Assembly (NCBI GenBank): GCA_963729935.1
Contig: CAVSPW010000008.1
Coordinates: forward strand, 654 to 64,653
DNA length: 64,000 nt
Source of the DNA: an uncultured Alphaproteobacteria bacterium
Lineage (GTDB): Bacteria; Pseudomonadota; Alphaproteobacteria; ATCC43930; CGMCC-115725
Reading direction: 5' to 3'
Positions within the stretch are counted from its first letter, which is position 1. Every line of letters begins with the position of its first letter. The position numbers and the translations under genes were made by a program. Of this stretch, positions 1 through 8,322 are shown piece after piece. The notes below the pieces were generated by a model that had not been told where the DNA came from, did no database searches, and was given only the letters and a program-made list of their open reading frames with translations.

Positions 1-273
1 GCAGCACGACGCGCCCTTGGCGAGAAGATCTTTCCAGACACGGCGCGCGCCATAGGTTCGGTCGCTGCCGATAAAGCTCGACCGTACCTTTGCTGCCAAC
101 TCTTCATTGATCATCGAGCGCCGGCTTCGTGGTCGCGTGAGCCAGGCATAGAACCCACCGCGCGAGACACCGAGCGCCCCGCACAACCATCCCGCCGGCC
201 ATATACCCCGGTGCTTCGCGATGAAGCTGAACTTCACAGGTTGTCCTTCGCGAAGTAGGCCGCGGCTTTTTTT
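1..273 (-). CDS. IS3 transposase OrfB, N-terminal part only (reached by -1 frameshift; truncated by window edge)
   Basis: Minus-strand translation KFSFIAKHRGIWPAGWLCGALGVSRGGFYAWLTRPRS...DRTYGARRVWKDLLAKG is the characteristic N-terminus of IS3/IS407-group OrfB. Confidence 0.8.
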
Positions 274-524
274 AGGATGTCCCGCTCGGCTTTGAGCTTG
301 GCGACTTCCCGTCTCAGCCGGGTGATCTCGCCCTGGTCCGCCTTCTGCTGACCGTGACCCGGAAACGCCTGCTCCGGGTCAGACCCGAACTCCTTCACCC
401 ATCGCCGCAGCACCGTCCCGTTCACGTCGAGATCGCGTGACGCCTGCGCGATCGTCACGCCGCGATCCGTCACCAGCTTCACCGCTTCGAGCTTGAACTC
501 CCGCGTAAATCTCCGTCGTTCCAT
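234..524 (-). CDS. IS3 transposase OrfA (HTH DNA-binding subunit)
   Basis: MERRRFTREFKLEAVKLV...TIAQASRDLDVNGTVLRRWVKEF...LRREVAKLKAERDILKKAAAYFAK is the classic IS3/IS911 OrfA. SD GGAGG lies upstream of the ATG at 524. Confidence 0.9.
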   Translation of the reverse strand: MERRRFTREFKLEAVKLVTDRGVTIAQASRDLDVNGTVLRRWVKEFGSDPEQAFPGHGQQKADQGEITRLRREVAKLKAERDILKKAAAYFAKDNL

Positions 525-653
525 CTGCCACCTCCGGTTCCATAAAACACCTATCTCGGTGTCCACGAAACCGGCAGCAGCTCAATCTTAACTTGGGATC
601 CGCCTTAAGCGCGCCGCGCTATGATCGGCGCAATCGCCTTTCGGGAGGAGCGC

Positions 654-1415
654 ATGCAGGATCTGATCTGGCCGGCGGTGGCCGCTTTGGGAATGCTCAA
701 CACGGGCGCCGCGCGCGGCGCCGCGATCACCCTGGCGGCGCCGGGCGGCATCCGCACCGCGCTGCAACGCGCGATCCCGCTCTTCGAGAAGGAAAGCGGC
801 CACAAGGTCGCGGCCGCCTTCATGTCGGGCGGCGCCGCCAAGGCGAAGATCGAAGCGGGCGAGCCCATCGACGTGGCGGTGGTGCAGCCGCCCTATGACA
901 AGGTCATCGCCTCGGGCCATGTCGCGCGCGAGAGCGAGACGCCGCTCGCGACGGTGAGCGTCGTCGCCGCCATTGCCGCGGGCAGGCCCGCGCCCGATAT
1001 CGCGACGCCGGAGGGCTTAAAGCGCCTGTTGCTCGACGCGCGCTCGATCGCCTGCCCCAGCGCCGCGCGGGGCGCCGCCTGCGGCGCGAGCTTCGAGGCG
1101 ACGCTCGACAGGCTCGGCATCGCGGCGCAGATCGCGCCCAAGATGACGGCCGCGCCCAGCGGCTGGGAGGCGATCAAGATGCTGGGCCGCGGCGAGGTCG
1201 AGCTCGGCATCACCTTCATGAGCGAGATGGATCCCGATCCGCGCGTCCAATTGCTCGGGCCCCTGCCGCGCGCGGTCTCGACGCCCACGGGCTTCGTCGC
1301 CTTCCTCCATGCGCGCGCCAAAGAGCGGGAAGCGGCATCGGCGCTCATCCGCTTCCTGGCCTCGGCCGAAGCCGCCGCGATCTTCCGCGACTGCGGCATG
1401 ATTCCGGGGAAATGA
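654..1415 (+). CDS. periplasmic solute-binding protein, ModA-like (molybdate/tungstate-type PBP2 fold)
   Basis: SD GGGAGGAG lies before ATG 654 and the N-terminus looks like a signal peptide. The pattern ITLAAPGGIRTAL..FEKESGHKV..IDVAVV resembles the ModA family. No permease or ATPase is adjacent. Confidence 0.6.
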   Translation: MQDLIWPAVAALGMLNTGAARGAAITLAAPGGIRTALQRAIPLFEKESGHKVAAAFMSGGAAKAKIEAGEPIDVAVVQPPYDKVIASGHVARESETPLATVSVVAAIAAGRPAPDIATPEGLKRLLLDARSIACPSAARGAACGASFEATLDRLGIAAQIAPKMTAAPSGWEAIKMLGRGEVELGITFMSEMDPDPRVQLLGPLPRAVSTPTGFVAFLHARAKEREAASALIRFLASAEAAAIFRDCGMIPGK

Positions 1416-1556
1416 GCGCCGCCGTCTTCGCAACGCGCCGCCCCGATGAGAGAGGAAGGCGGCGCGCTTCGCGGCCACTGCCTGATTCCAAGAATTAGGT
1501 ATTGTGTGCACGGTAATTGAGACGCACTTGTCCACCGGCCACATGGTCATGCGCGT

Positions 1557-2045
1557 TTAACCGCGCGACGCACGGACCTTCAAGGCTCGGTACTCGAGCC
1601 AAATGAGCCAGATTACAATCAGGTCGAACAGACTAAGCGCGATGAGCCCCAGCCCGTGGGTGTAAGTGAAGCGGTAGAGCTGGTAGAGGATGAACGCGCC
1701 AAACACGATCAAGGCCGCCGGGTAAGCCCAGAGCTTGGCCTTCAGGAGCGCGGCGACCAGACCGATTTTGATGACGCCATGGCTCAGGAGATACAACGCG
1801 GCGAACCGCTCGCTGCCGAGCGAGAAATTTTGCGCGGCGTGCAGAAGGTAATTGGCGACGAGATCGCGGGGGTCTTCCGCCAACTCGTCTTGGGTTAGGA
1901 ATGCGATCGTGCGCAATATCCAATCGGGACTCATGGCCAGAAGCGCGCCGCCTGCGACGATCTCCAACGCCGCGTCAAGACCTTTGAGCGACACGCTCGA
2001 GCGGAATAGCGTTTCTCGGAGCTTTGCGCTGTTGATGCGTTCCAT
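1557..2045 (-). CDS. DUF2127-type inner-membrane protein
   Basis: Four hydrophobic helices and a KGLDAALEIVAGGALL N-terminal helix typical of DUF2127. ATG at 2045 follows GAAGG; the longest ORF extends to a TTG at 2081. Confidence 0.65.
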   Translation of the reverse strand: MERINSAKLRETLFRSSVSLKGLDAALEIVAGGALLAMSPDWILRTIAFLTQDELAEDPRDLVANYLLHAAQNFSLGSERFAALYLLSHGVIKIGLVAALLKAKLWAYPAALIVFGAFILYQLYRFTYTHGLGLIALSLFDLIVIWLIWLEYRALKVRASRG

Positions 2046-2228
2046 CCGCAACCTTCGAAAAAAAGAAATGCGATTTCGCAACCGCGAACGCCGCCCCTGA
2101 GGGTCGCAAGAAGACGGGCAACGCCGGCGTTACTGGGCCCGCAGAAGCGAGCACGGTTTGCCGTCGCAACAAGCTGGGCAGGATTGCGCGCGGGGAACTC
2201 TAGCCGCAACGCGATATCGGTTCCACGG

Positions 2229-2438
2229 TTAGCGGTCGCTGCTGCTATCAGGCCCGTATTTCATGGCGGCCCAGCCCGGCAGCGGAAAACCTTGAGCGTC
2301 CATGTAAAGGTCGGCCTGGTCATAGGGACCAGCGACGACCTTCCCGGTGCAAGGACCATAGCCAGGGCATTGGCCGAAGCCCGCACATGACGAAAGCGCC
2401 AAGCTCACGCCGAGCAAAAACGCGGGGCGTGCCGTCAT
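2229..2438 (-). CDS. small lipoprotein (hypothetical)
   Basis: 69 aa with a signal peptide and lipobox LALSSC. Confidence 0.45.
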   Translation of the reverse strand: MTARPAFLLGVSLALSSCAGFGQCPGYGPCTGKVVAGPYDQADLYMDAQGFPLPGWAAMKYGPDSSSDR

Positions 2439-2477
2439 GCCGCCGCGCGCTTCCGGCGCGGCATTCGGCGCGGCGCT

Positions 2478-2789
2478 CTAGTCCGAATGCGCACCTTCGA
2501 TGCTGTCCTCCAGCAACGCTCCCGTCTTGGCGTCGACGCCAACTTCGTGAGTCACGGTGCCGCTTTTGATGTCGAAGGAATAGCGCAGACCGGTGCCGCC
2601 TTTTTCCTTCTCCAATTCCTGGTCCACAATATTGCCCGCGAACGCCTTTAAGGCGATGGCGCGCGCTTCCTTCAAGCTGATTTTGGCCTCTTTTGCGTAT
2701 TCTTGCCCGGTGAATGCGGACGCAGCGCTAGCTCCCGCGACTAAGACCGTGCCGATCACGAGAGCCGAAATGACTTTATGGCCATTCAT
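2478..2789 (-). CDS. PepSY domain-containing protein
   Basis: Signal/anchor helix followed by ISLKEARAIALKAFAGNIVDQELEKEKGGTGLRYSFDI..G..HEVGVDAKTGALL, a typical PepSY fold signature. Confidence 0.7.
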   Translation of the reverse strand: MNGHKVISALVIGTVLVAGASAASAFTGQEYAKEAKISLKEARAIALKAFAGNIVDQELEKEKGGTGLRYSFDIKSGTVTHEVGVDAKTGALLEDSIEGAHSD

Positions 2790-3095
2790 GACTAATCTTT
2801 CTGATGTGAATGTGGCGTCTGCTAAAGAACATCGGATTTTTTTACGGCTATGCAATGAGCAGATTGAGGCGATCCTGAGGCACGTTCGTTATCTGAAAAA
2901 ACTACTCCGAGGCAGGCCGGGCTAGCTCAGAGCGCGATTTCCACGTCCCCTCACTCCGGGTCGCGCTTCTCGATGCCGTCCAGATCGCCCGAGCGGGTAA
3001 GCGCCAAGCGGCAGCATAGCGATTCACATCATAGCGATAGAGTGCCGGTCACCCGGACGCGCGCGATGCTCGCAATCGACCAATTCCCGCGCGGG

Positions 3096-3365
3096 TCAGA
3101 ACGAAGGCTCCAAGACCGCGGCCGGGCCTTCTGCCGCATAGCGCTCGTCCTTGAGGGGCTCGACCTTCACCAGCTCGGACCGCTTCCAGGGCGGGAAGGT
3201 ATGGGCCTTTCCCGGCCCGAAACGCGTCTTGGCGTCGAACGCGGCGGCAGCCGTGGCGCGCGCTTCGACCTCGTCCCGCGCCCGGACGATGGCGAAGCCT
3301 TGATGCGAACTCGCCTTCCAACTGGGGTCGAGCAAGTCGAGCGGCGTCAGCTTCCAGATCGGCAT
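3096..3365 (-). CDS. hypothetical protein (89 aa)
   Basis: ATG at 3365 is preceded by GGAGGAAG. The composition is protein-like (MPIWKLTPLDLLDPSWKASSHQGFAIVRARDE...). Confidence 0.5.
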   Translation of the reverse strand: MPIWKLTPLDLLDPSWKASSHQGFAIVRARDEVEARATAAAAFDAKTRFGPGKAHTFPPWKRSELVKVEPLKDERYAAEGPAAVLEPSF

Positions 3366-3671
3366 GACTTCCTCCACAACGCGCTCCGGAACATCCGCGA
3401 CGGCAGGGCGAACGGAGCGACGCCAAGCCTTGCCCCGGGCCGAGCGGCCGTCGTTGATCCAGGTCATGGCAACGCCGTTGAAAGGCAACGCGCCGCCGCT
3501 CATGCGGAGAGGCATGCGGCTCGGCAATCGGGGTTGCGGAAATCGGAGCCGGACCGCCTTCGTCGATCGCCAAGCATCAAGCGTATCTCGCTGGCGCGCG
3601 CGCTTTCGGTGGCACGACGATAATCGCGTGAACGGGGCGCGCCACCAATCGGCGACCCGGAACCTCGAATG

Positions 3672-3875
3672 TCAGTTCACCCACTCGCCCGGGGCCGGCT
3701 TGTCGCGCTGCAGCTCCTTCACCGCCTTGGTGATGCGCTTCCACAAGAGGTGGCCGTCGACATCGTATTGGGCGAGCAGCGCGTCGGCGCGCAGCCTGGC
3801 GACGAAACCGGCCTCGAAGCCGTGCTCGGTCACGAGCGCGCTGGCCGCGCGCCAGACATCAAGCTTGGTCTTCAC
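3672..3875 (-). CDS. small helical hypothetical protein (67 aa), translationally coupled to the GFA gene
   Basis: The GTG start overlaps the upstream TGA stop (GTGA, 3872-3875). Sequence VKTKLDVWRAASALVTEHGFEAGFVARLRADALLAQYDVDGHLLWKRITKAVKELQ resembles small conserved rhizobial proteins. Confidence 0.5.
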   Translation of the reverse strand: MKTKLDVWRAASALVTEHGFEAGFVARLRADALLAQYDVDGHLLWKRITKAVKELQRDKPAPGEWVN

Positions 3876-4273
3876 TGGCGCTCGTGCTTCTCGATGCCGC
3901 GAAGATCGCCCGACCAGGGCAGCGCCGAGCGGCACCAGATCTGATCCTTCGGCATGAGCGCCGCGTGCTCCTTGATCGCGCCGAGGCGGAGCACGTAGAA
4001 GGCCGGGCTCTCGAGCGCACCGGACCACAGCGGCGTGCCGCAATCGGGACAGAAGGCCTGACCGCGCCGGGCGCCGCTTTCCGAGGTCCGGACATAGAGT
4101 TTGGGCGCGCCGCTCTTCAAGACGAAGCCCGAAGCGGGCGCGCGCACGATCACGCGATAGGCCGAGCCGGTCAGGGTCTGGCAATCCGTGCAATGGCAGA
4201 TCCGCACGGTCTCGGGATCGATCTCGGCTTCATAGGCGATGGCGCCGCAATGGCATTTTCCTTCGACATGCAT
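3872..4273 (-). CDS. GFA family protein (glutathione-dependent formaldehyde-activating / CENP-V-like Zn-binding fold)
   Basis: Cys motifs CHCGAIAY, CHCTDCQ and FCPDCG are diagnostic of the GFA domain. Confidence 0.85.
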   Translation of the reverse strand: MHVEGKCHCGAIAYEAEIDPETVRICHCTDCQTLTGSAYRVIVRAPASGFVLKSGAPKLYVRTSESGARRGQAFCPDCGTPLWSGALESPAFYVLRLGAIKEHAALMPKDQIWCRSALPWSGDLRGIEKHERQ

Positions 4274-4381
4274 GGGCGGTCTCCTCCGGCAAGAAGGTCG
4301 ATTTTATCACGCGATGCCGGGCTTCGCATGGGGATGCGGCCGCGCCTACCGCCGACGCCGCGAAAGGCGCCCGCAAACACG

Positions 4382-4618
4382 CTAACGCGGGCCGTGCCAG
4401 ATCGCATCGTCGAATCCGGGCGGAACCGGCGGCGCGTAATAGGTATCGTAGCGGGGATAGCCGCGATTGGCGGGATAGGCGAGATAGCCGCCATAATCGG
4501 GATAGGAAGGCTGTCTGATATAGCCGTAATAATCGGGCGCGGCGCGGAAGTCGCAGCCGCCGAGCGCCACGGCCAGCGCGCCGAGCATGCCGATTCGGAT
4601 GAGCGCCTTCCTCGTCAT
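4382..4618 (-). CDS. Tyr/Pro-rich small lipoprotein
   Basis: MTRKALIRIGMLGALAVALGGC lipobox, followed by a low-complexity Y/P/G-rich tail. Confidence 0.5.
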   Translation of the reverse strand: MTRKALIRIGMLGALAVALGGCDFRAAPDYYGYIRQPSYPDYGGYLAYPANRGYPRYDTYYAPPVPPGFDDAIWHGPR

Positions 4619-4741
4619 CGCATCGCCCCTCGATCCTCGCGACACCGCCTAGCACAAAAGCGCCCCCGGGCGGCCGGGCGCCTTGATCTGGGTCAGGTTG
4701 CGCGGGGCCGGGCGATAGGGCACAATGTTCTCATTTTGTTC

Positions 4742-4770
4742 TTGACCCCGTCCGGATCACTATGATATAA
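4742..4770 (+). promoter_or_regulatory. sigma70-like promoter (TTGACC-N17-ATATAA)
   Basis: TTGACC at 4742-4747 and ATATAA at 4765-4770 (TATGAT also overlaps) form a near-consensus pair in an otherwise GC-rich region. Confidence 0.4.
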
Positions 4771-4792
4771 GGAGTGCATCCTGAGAGGATTC

Positions 4793-4833
4793 GCCCGGCG
4801 CCGCGTTGCGGCTTCAGCCGGGCGTTTTCGTTT
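4793..4833 (+). terminator. intrinsic-terminator-like hairpin with U-tract
   Basis: GCCCGGC (4793-4799) pairs with GCCGGGC (4817-4823), with an inner GCCGC/GCGGC stem, followed by GTTTTCGTTT. Confidence 0.4.
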
Positions 4834-4884
4834 GGGGTCTTGGCCCCCCTTCCCCCCATCACACCCCCATCGAAAGCCCCGCCC

Positions 4885-5634
4885 ATGACGCCGCGGCAGA
4901 AGCGTTTCGTCCAGGAATATGCGCGCCTGAAAAACGGCAAGGCGGCGGCGCTGGCGGTTGGATATGCCGAGCGCGCGGCCGCGCCGATGGCGTCGAAGAT
5001 GCTGCGCAACGAGGCGGTTCAAGCGGCCTTGATCGCGGCCGGCATCGAGATCGCCTTCTCGACCTATGGGCCGAAGCCGGCGACGCGGATCGCGAAAGGA
5101 CTCACGGTCCGCCAGGAGCGCTTCGTCGAGCATTACCTCGTTCTCGGCAAGGGCGCGGAAGCCGCGCGCCGCGCCGGCTATTCGCCGCGCTCGGCCCCTG
5201 CGATCGCCGACAAGCTCTTGAACACGCCGCGCGTCGCCGCCGCGATCGCGACCGCCAATGCCGAGCGCGCCAAGGCGCTCGCGATCGACGCCAAGCGCGT
5301 GCTCGAGGAATTCGCCTGCATCGCCTTCGCCGATCTGCGCGCCATTCTCGATTGGGACGAGACCGGCCTGCGCGTGAGGCCGCAAGAGACGATCGACCGG
5401 ATCGCGCTGGCCGCGATCGCCGAGATCAGCGAGCGGCCGGGCGGCCGTGGCAAGCTCTTGAAGGTCAAGCTCTTCGACAAGCTCAAGGCGCTCGAGCTTC
5501 TGGCCAAGCATCTGGGGCTCTTCGCGCGCGGGCCGCGCGGCGAACCTCAAAGCCTCGCGATCGACGGCAAGGATCCGCGCGAGGCGCTGCGCGAGCGGCT
5601 CGCGCGCCTCGCCGCGGCCAAGACGAAGAGCTGA
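4885..5634 (+). CDS. phage terminase small subunit (P27/Terminase_2-like) with duplicated N-terminal HTH module
   Basis: MTPRQKRFVQEYARLKNGKAAALAVGY... is followed by a second copy LTVRQERFVEHYLVLGKGAEAARRAGYSPRSA..KLL. The C-terminal KVKLFDKLKALELLAKHLGLF is typical of the family. Confidence 0.75.
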   Translation: MTPRQKRFVQEYARLKNGKAAALAVGYAERAAAPMASKMLRNEAVQAALIAAGIEIAFSTYGPKPATRIAKGLTVRQERFVEHYLVLGKGAEAARRAGYSPRSAPAIADKLLNTPRVAAAIATANAERAKALAIDAKRVLEEFACIAFADLRAILDWDETGLRVRPQETIDRIALAAIAEISERPGGRGKLLKVKLFDKLKALELLAKHLGLFARGPRGEPQSLAIDGKDPREALRERLARLAAAKTKS

Positions 5635-5994
5635 GCCTTCAGGCCGCGCGCGGCGATCGCGAATCGCGCGGCGCGAGGGAACCGTGCGCAATCTGCGCGA
5701 CCGCCGCTTCGATCTCTATCGCGTCGCCTGGCGCGACACCGGCAAGGGCTGAGCCGCCGGCGCTCTTTACCAAGCCTTCGCTCGCGCCGGGGCCGCGTCA
5801 AGCGCGCGATAAAGGATTGTTAGGAATTGCGCGCCGAGGCGGAAAAAATGATGGGAGACGCGGCCGGATTTGCGGGGATCTCCGCCGAACTCACGCGCGC
5901 GATGCTGGGCTGGAAGGCCAAGGCCGCCAAATAATCCAAGCGGCCGCTCGGAATGCGGATGCGGCCGCGCCGGTCATTCTCGAGCGCGCCGCGC

Positions 5995-6393
5995 TCAGAA
6001 CCATTGCCGCAATTCGATGCGGTTGGCGTCGGGATCCTCGATCTCGGCGCGCGCGTAGAACCCCTCGCGCAGGCGCGGCCCCCACACCACCTCGATATCC
6101 TTGGTCTTGAGGAACGCGATCGCGGCGAGCATGTCATCGACCTCGAGCGCGATCATGCGATAGCCCTTGTGCTCGGCCCGGGGCGCGGGCGCGACATCGG
6201 CGCCCCGATAGGTGATGAGCTCCACCGTCGTGCCGCCGAGCTCCAAATAGGCCAGATCCATCGGCACGCCGAGGCCCGAGCGCTCGATCCGCTCTTGCGA
6301 GCGCAGGCCGAAGCCCAGGATCTGCGTATAGAATTCGATCATGCGCTCGGGCTCGCCGGTCACGATCTCGACGTGATCGATACGCTTGAACAT
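5995..6393 (-). CDS. VOC family protein (glyoxalase/bleomycin-resistance/dioxygenase fold)
   Basis: MFKRIDHVEIVTGEPERMIEFYTQILGF...HKGYRMIALEVDD..A..FLK..GIEVV...DPDANRIEL. Confidence 0.8.
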   Translation of the reverse strand: MFKRIDHVEIVTGEPERMIEFYTQILGFGLRSQERIERSGLGVPMDLAYLELGGTTVELITYRGADVAPAPRAEHKGYRMIALEVDDMLAAIAFLKTKDIEVVWGPRLREGFYARAEIEDPDANRIELRQWF

Positions 6394-6560
6394 GGGCCGC
6401 CTCCCCTTTGCGTCTTGCCCTCTTGTAGCATGAACCGGCCGGAAGCGCGCCCAAGGCTTGCGCGGCGGCGGCGCGGCATCGATCCGACCATCGCCCGACT
6501 TGATGCAGATCAACATCGCGCCTCGCCGATGTTGGGAAAGTCTTGCAGCGGCGCCGGCAT

Positions 6561-6583
6561 TAGATTATAATTATTCTAATCTA
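6561..6583. promoter_or_regulatory. AT-rich inverted repeat TAGATTA-N9-TAATCTA containing a perfect TATAAT; candidate promoter/operator upstream of dps
   Basis: The arms are seen directly at 6561-6567 and 6577-6583, and TATAAT at 6566-6571. This is the only strongly AT-rich patch in the intergenic region. Confidence 0.35.
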
Positions 6584-6722
6584 GAGTTCCGGCGTAAGGA
6601 GACGTCCGACATGACCGACAAGCCCGTTCCGACGAGGACGGCCGGCGACCCGCCGGCGGACAATCGGAATGCGATGACGCCGCGCGCCGGATCTCGATAA
6701 CCCACTCTTTGGAGACCGACCC

Positions 6723-7223
6723 ATGCCCCTGAAGGAAAACCTCTCGACCAAGACCGTTTCGATCGACATCGGCATCGGCCAGGACGAGCGCAAGGCGATC
6801 GCCGACGGGCTGTCGCATCTCTTGGCCGACACCTACACCCTCTATCTCAAGACCCACAATTATCATTGGAACGTCACCGGCCCGATGTTCAACACGCTGC
6901 ATCTGATGTTCGAGACGCAGTACAACGAGCTGGCGCTCGCGGTCGATCTGATCGCGGAGCGCATCCGCGCGCTCGGCTATCCGGCGCCCGGCAGCTACGC
7001 CCAATACGCCAAGCTGTCGAGCATCAAGGAGAGCGAAAGCGTGCCCGCCGCCGAGGAGATGATCGCCGATCTCGTCAAAGGCCAGGAGGCCGTGGTCCGA
7101 ACCGCGCGCAAGGTCTTTCCGACGGCGGAGAAAGCGGCCGACGAGCCGACCGCGGATCTTTTGACGCAGCGCATGCAGATCCACGAAAAGACCGCCTGGA
7201 TGTTGCGCGCCATGCTCGAATAG
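6723..7223 (+). CDS. dps: Dps family DNA starvation/stationary-phase protection protein (ferritin-like)
   Basis: [35 protein letters not shown]...[11 protein letters not shown] is the canonical Dps ferroxidase-site region. Confidence 0.9.
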   Translation: MPLKENLSTKTVSIDIGIGQDERKAIADGLSHLLADTYTLYLKTHNYHWNVTGPMFNTLHLMFETQYNELALAVDLIAERIRALGYPAPGSYAQYAKLSSIKESESVPAAEEMIADLVKGQEAVVRTARKVFPTAEKAADEPTADLLTQRMQIHEKTAWMLRAMLE

Positions 7224-7295
7224 GCCCTCGCCTTCTCAAGGCGCATCATCGATCGAAACGCGCAGGCCGGGCCCCGGCGACATCGGAGAGCGGCG

Positions 7296-8081
7296 ATGAC
7301 GCAAGGCGAACCGATTGGCGATATCCCCGGCTTGGGGCCAGAGGCCTATGCGCGCTGGCGCGGTCGCGAGCTCGGGACGATCACCGAAGCGCTCGAGCGG
7401 CGGTTGATTCTCGATCTCGTCGGCGCCGTGGAGGGCCGCCGCATTCTCGATGTCGGATGCGGCGATGGCGAGCTGGCCGTCGCGCTTTCGGGACGCGGCG
7501 CCGCCGTTGCCGGGGTCGATGCCTCGGCTTCCATGATCGAGGCGGCCCGAGCAAGGGCGGAGCGGCAGCGGGCCCCTGTCTCCTTTCAGGTGGCGAGCGC
7601 GCAAAGCCTGCCCTTCGCGGCGGAAGAATTCGATATCGTGGTGGCGGTCACGATCCTTTGCTTCGTCGAGGATGCCGCGCCCGTGTTTCAAGAGATGGCC
7701 CGCGTCCTGCGCCCGGGCGGACGCCTCGTCATCGGCGAGCTTGGCAAGTGGAGTTCCTGGGCGGCGGCGCGCCGCCTTCGCGGCTGGCTCGGCTCGCCGC
7801 TCTGGCGCAAGGGCCGGTTTCGCAGCGCCAAAGAGCTTCGCGCGCTTGCCGAGCAGGCGGGCCTCGTTCCCGCGCCGGTTCGAGGCGCCGTCTACTATCC
7901 CCGATTCCAAATCGCGGCGAAGGCGCTGGCGCCTTTCGATCCCGCCTTCAGCCGCTTGACGACGGCCGGCGCGGCGTTCCTCGCGCTTTCCGCCGTCAAA
8001 CGCGCCGCGGCTCCGGACGCGAAGGACCCGAAAGCTGCCATCGAGAACGCGCCGCTCGTCCACACGGGGAATGCCGCGTGA
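7296..8081 (+). CDS. class I SAM-dependent methyltransferase
   Basis: Motif I RILDVGCGDGELA and the post-I/II pattern FDIVVAVTILCFV..MARVLRPGGRLVI. Confidence 0.85.
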   Translation: MTQGEPIGDIPGLGPEAYARWRGRELGTITEALERRLILDLVGAVEGRRILDVGCGDGELAVALSGRGAAVAGVDASASMIEAARARAERQRAPVSFQVASAQSLPFAAEEFDIVVAVTILCFVEDAAPVFQEMARVLRPGGRLVIGELGKWSSWAAARRLRGWLGSPLWRKGRFRSAKELRALAEQAGLVPAPVRGAVYYPRFQIAAKALAPFDPAFSRLTTAGAAFLALSAVKRAAAPDAKDPKAAIENAPLVHTGNAA

Positions 8082-8322
8082 TTTGTCCGGGAGCATCGTC
8101 CGATGACGCTCCACTCACACGCGCCGCGCTCATGGCGCATGAGTTGAGGCTCCAGCTTTTGGACCTCCAATCACATCCGGCACGATGCCATCAAGAGAGA
8201 AGCTGGGCTTACGAAAATACCACCAAAACGCACATTTGACGGACTCGGCGGAATCGACGCGATAGACCCTGACCGGACTATTCGCGGACGCCCCACCGCC
8301 CTGTCCGCCCCCGGATGTTCCA

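Larger units (their letters stand above)
1..584 (-). mobile_element. IS3-family insertion sequence, partial (continues beyond left window edge)
   Basis: Minus-strand orfA/orfB pair typical of IS3 family. An A7 slippery run (plus-strand T7 at 267-273) lies in the orfA/orfB overlap. Putative terminal repeat reads TGAGCTGCTGCCGGTTTCGTGGAC on the minus strand, ending near 584. Confidence 0.85.

Noticed and set aside
4774-4884. A longer version of the terminase ORF starting at GTG 4774, directly after TAAGGAG.
   Set aside because: The SD abuts the GTG with no spacing. The added 37 aa are Pro-rich and overlap the hairpin/terminator structure. ATG 4885 starts exactly at the conserved TerS N-terminus.
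5643-5672. A GC-rich hairpin, GCCGCGCG...CGCGCGGC, just after the terminase stop codon as an intrinsic terminator.
   Set aside because: It has no U-tract and a 14-nt loop. Such GC palindromes are common in this composition.
8131-8145. GCTCATGGCGCAT downstream of the 7296 methyltransferase as a fourth copy of the ~80-bp dispersed element.
   Set aside because: Only about 13 nt match, the rest of the element is absent, and the match could be chance.
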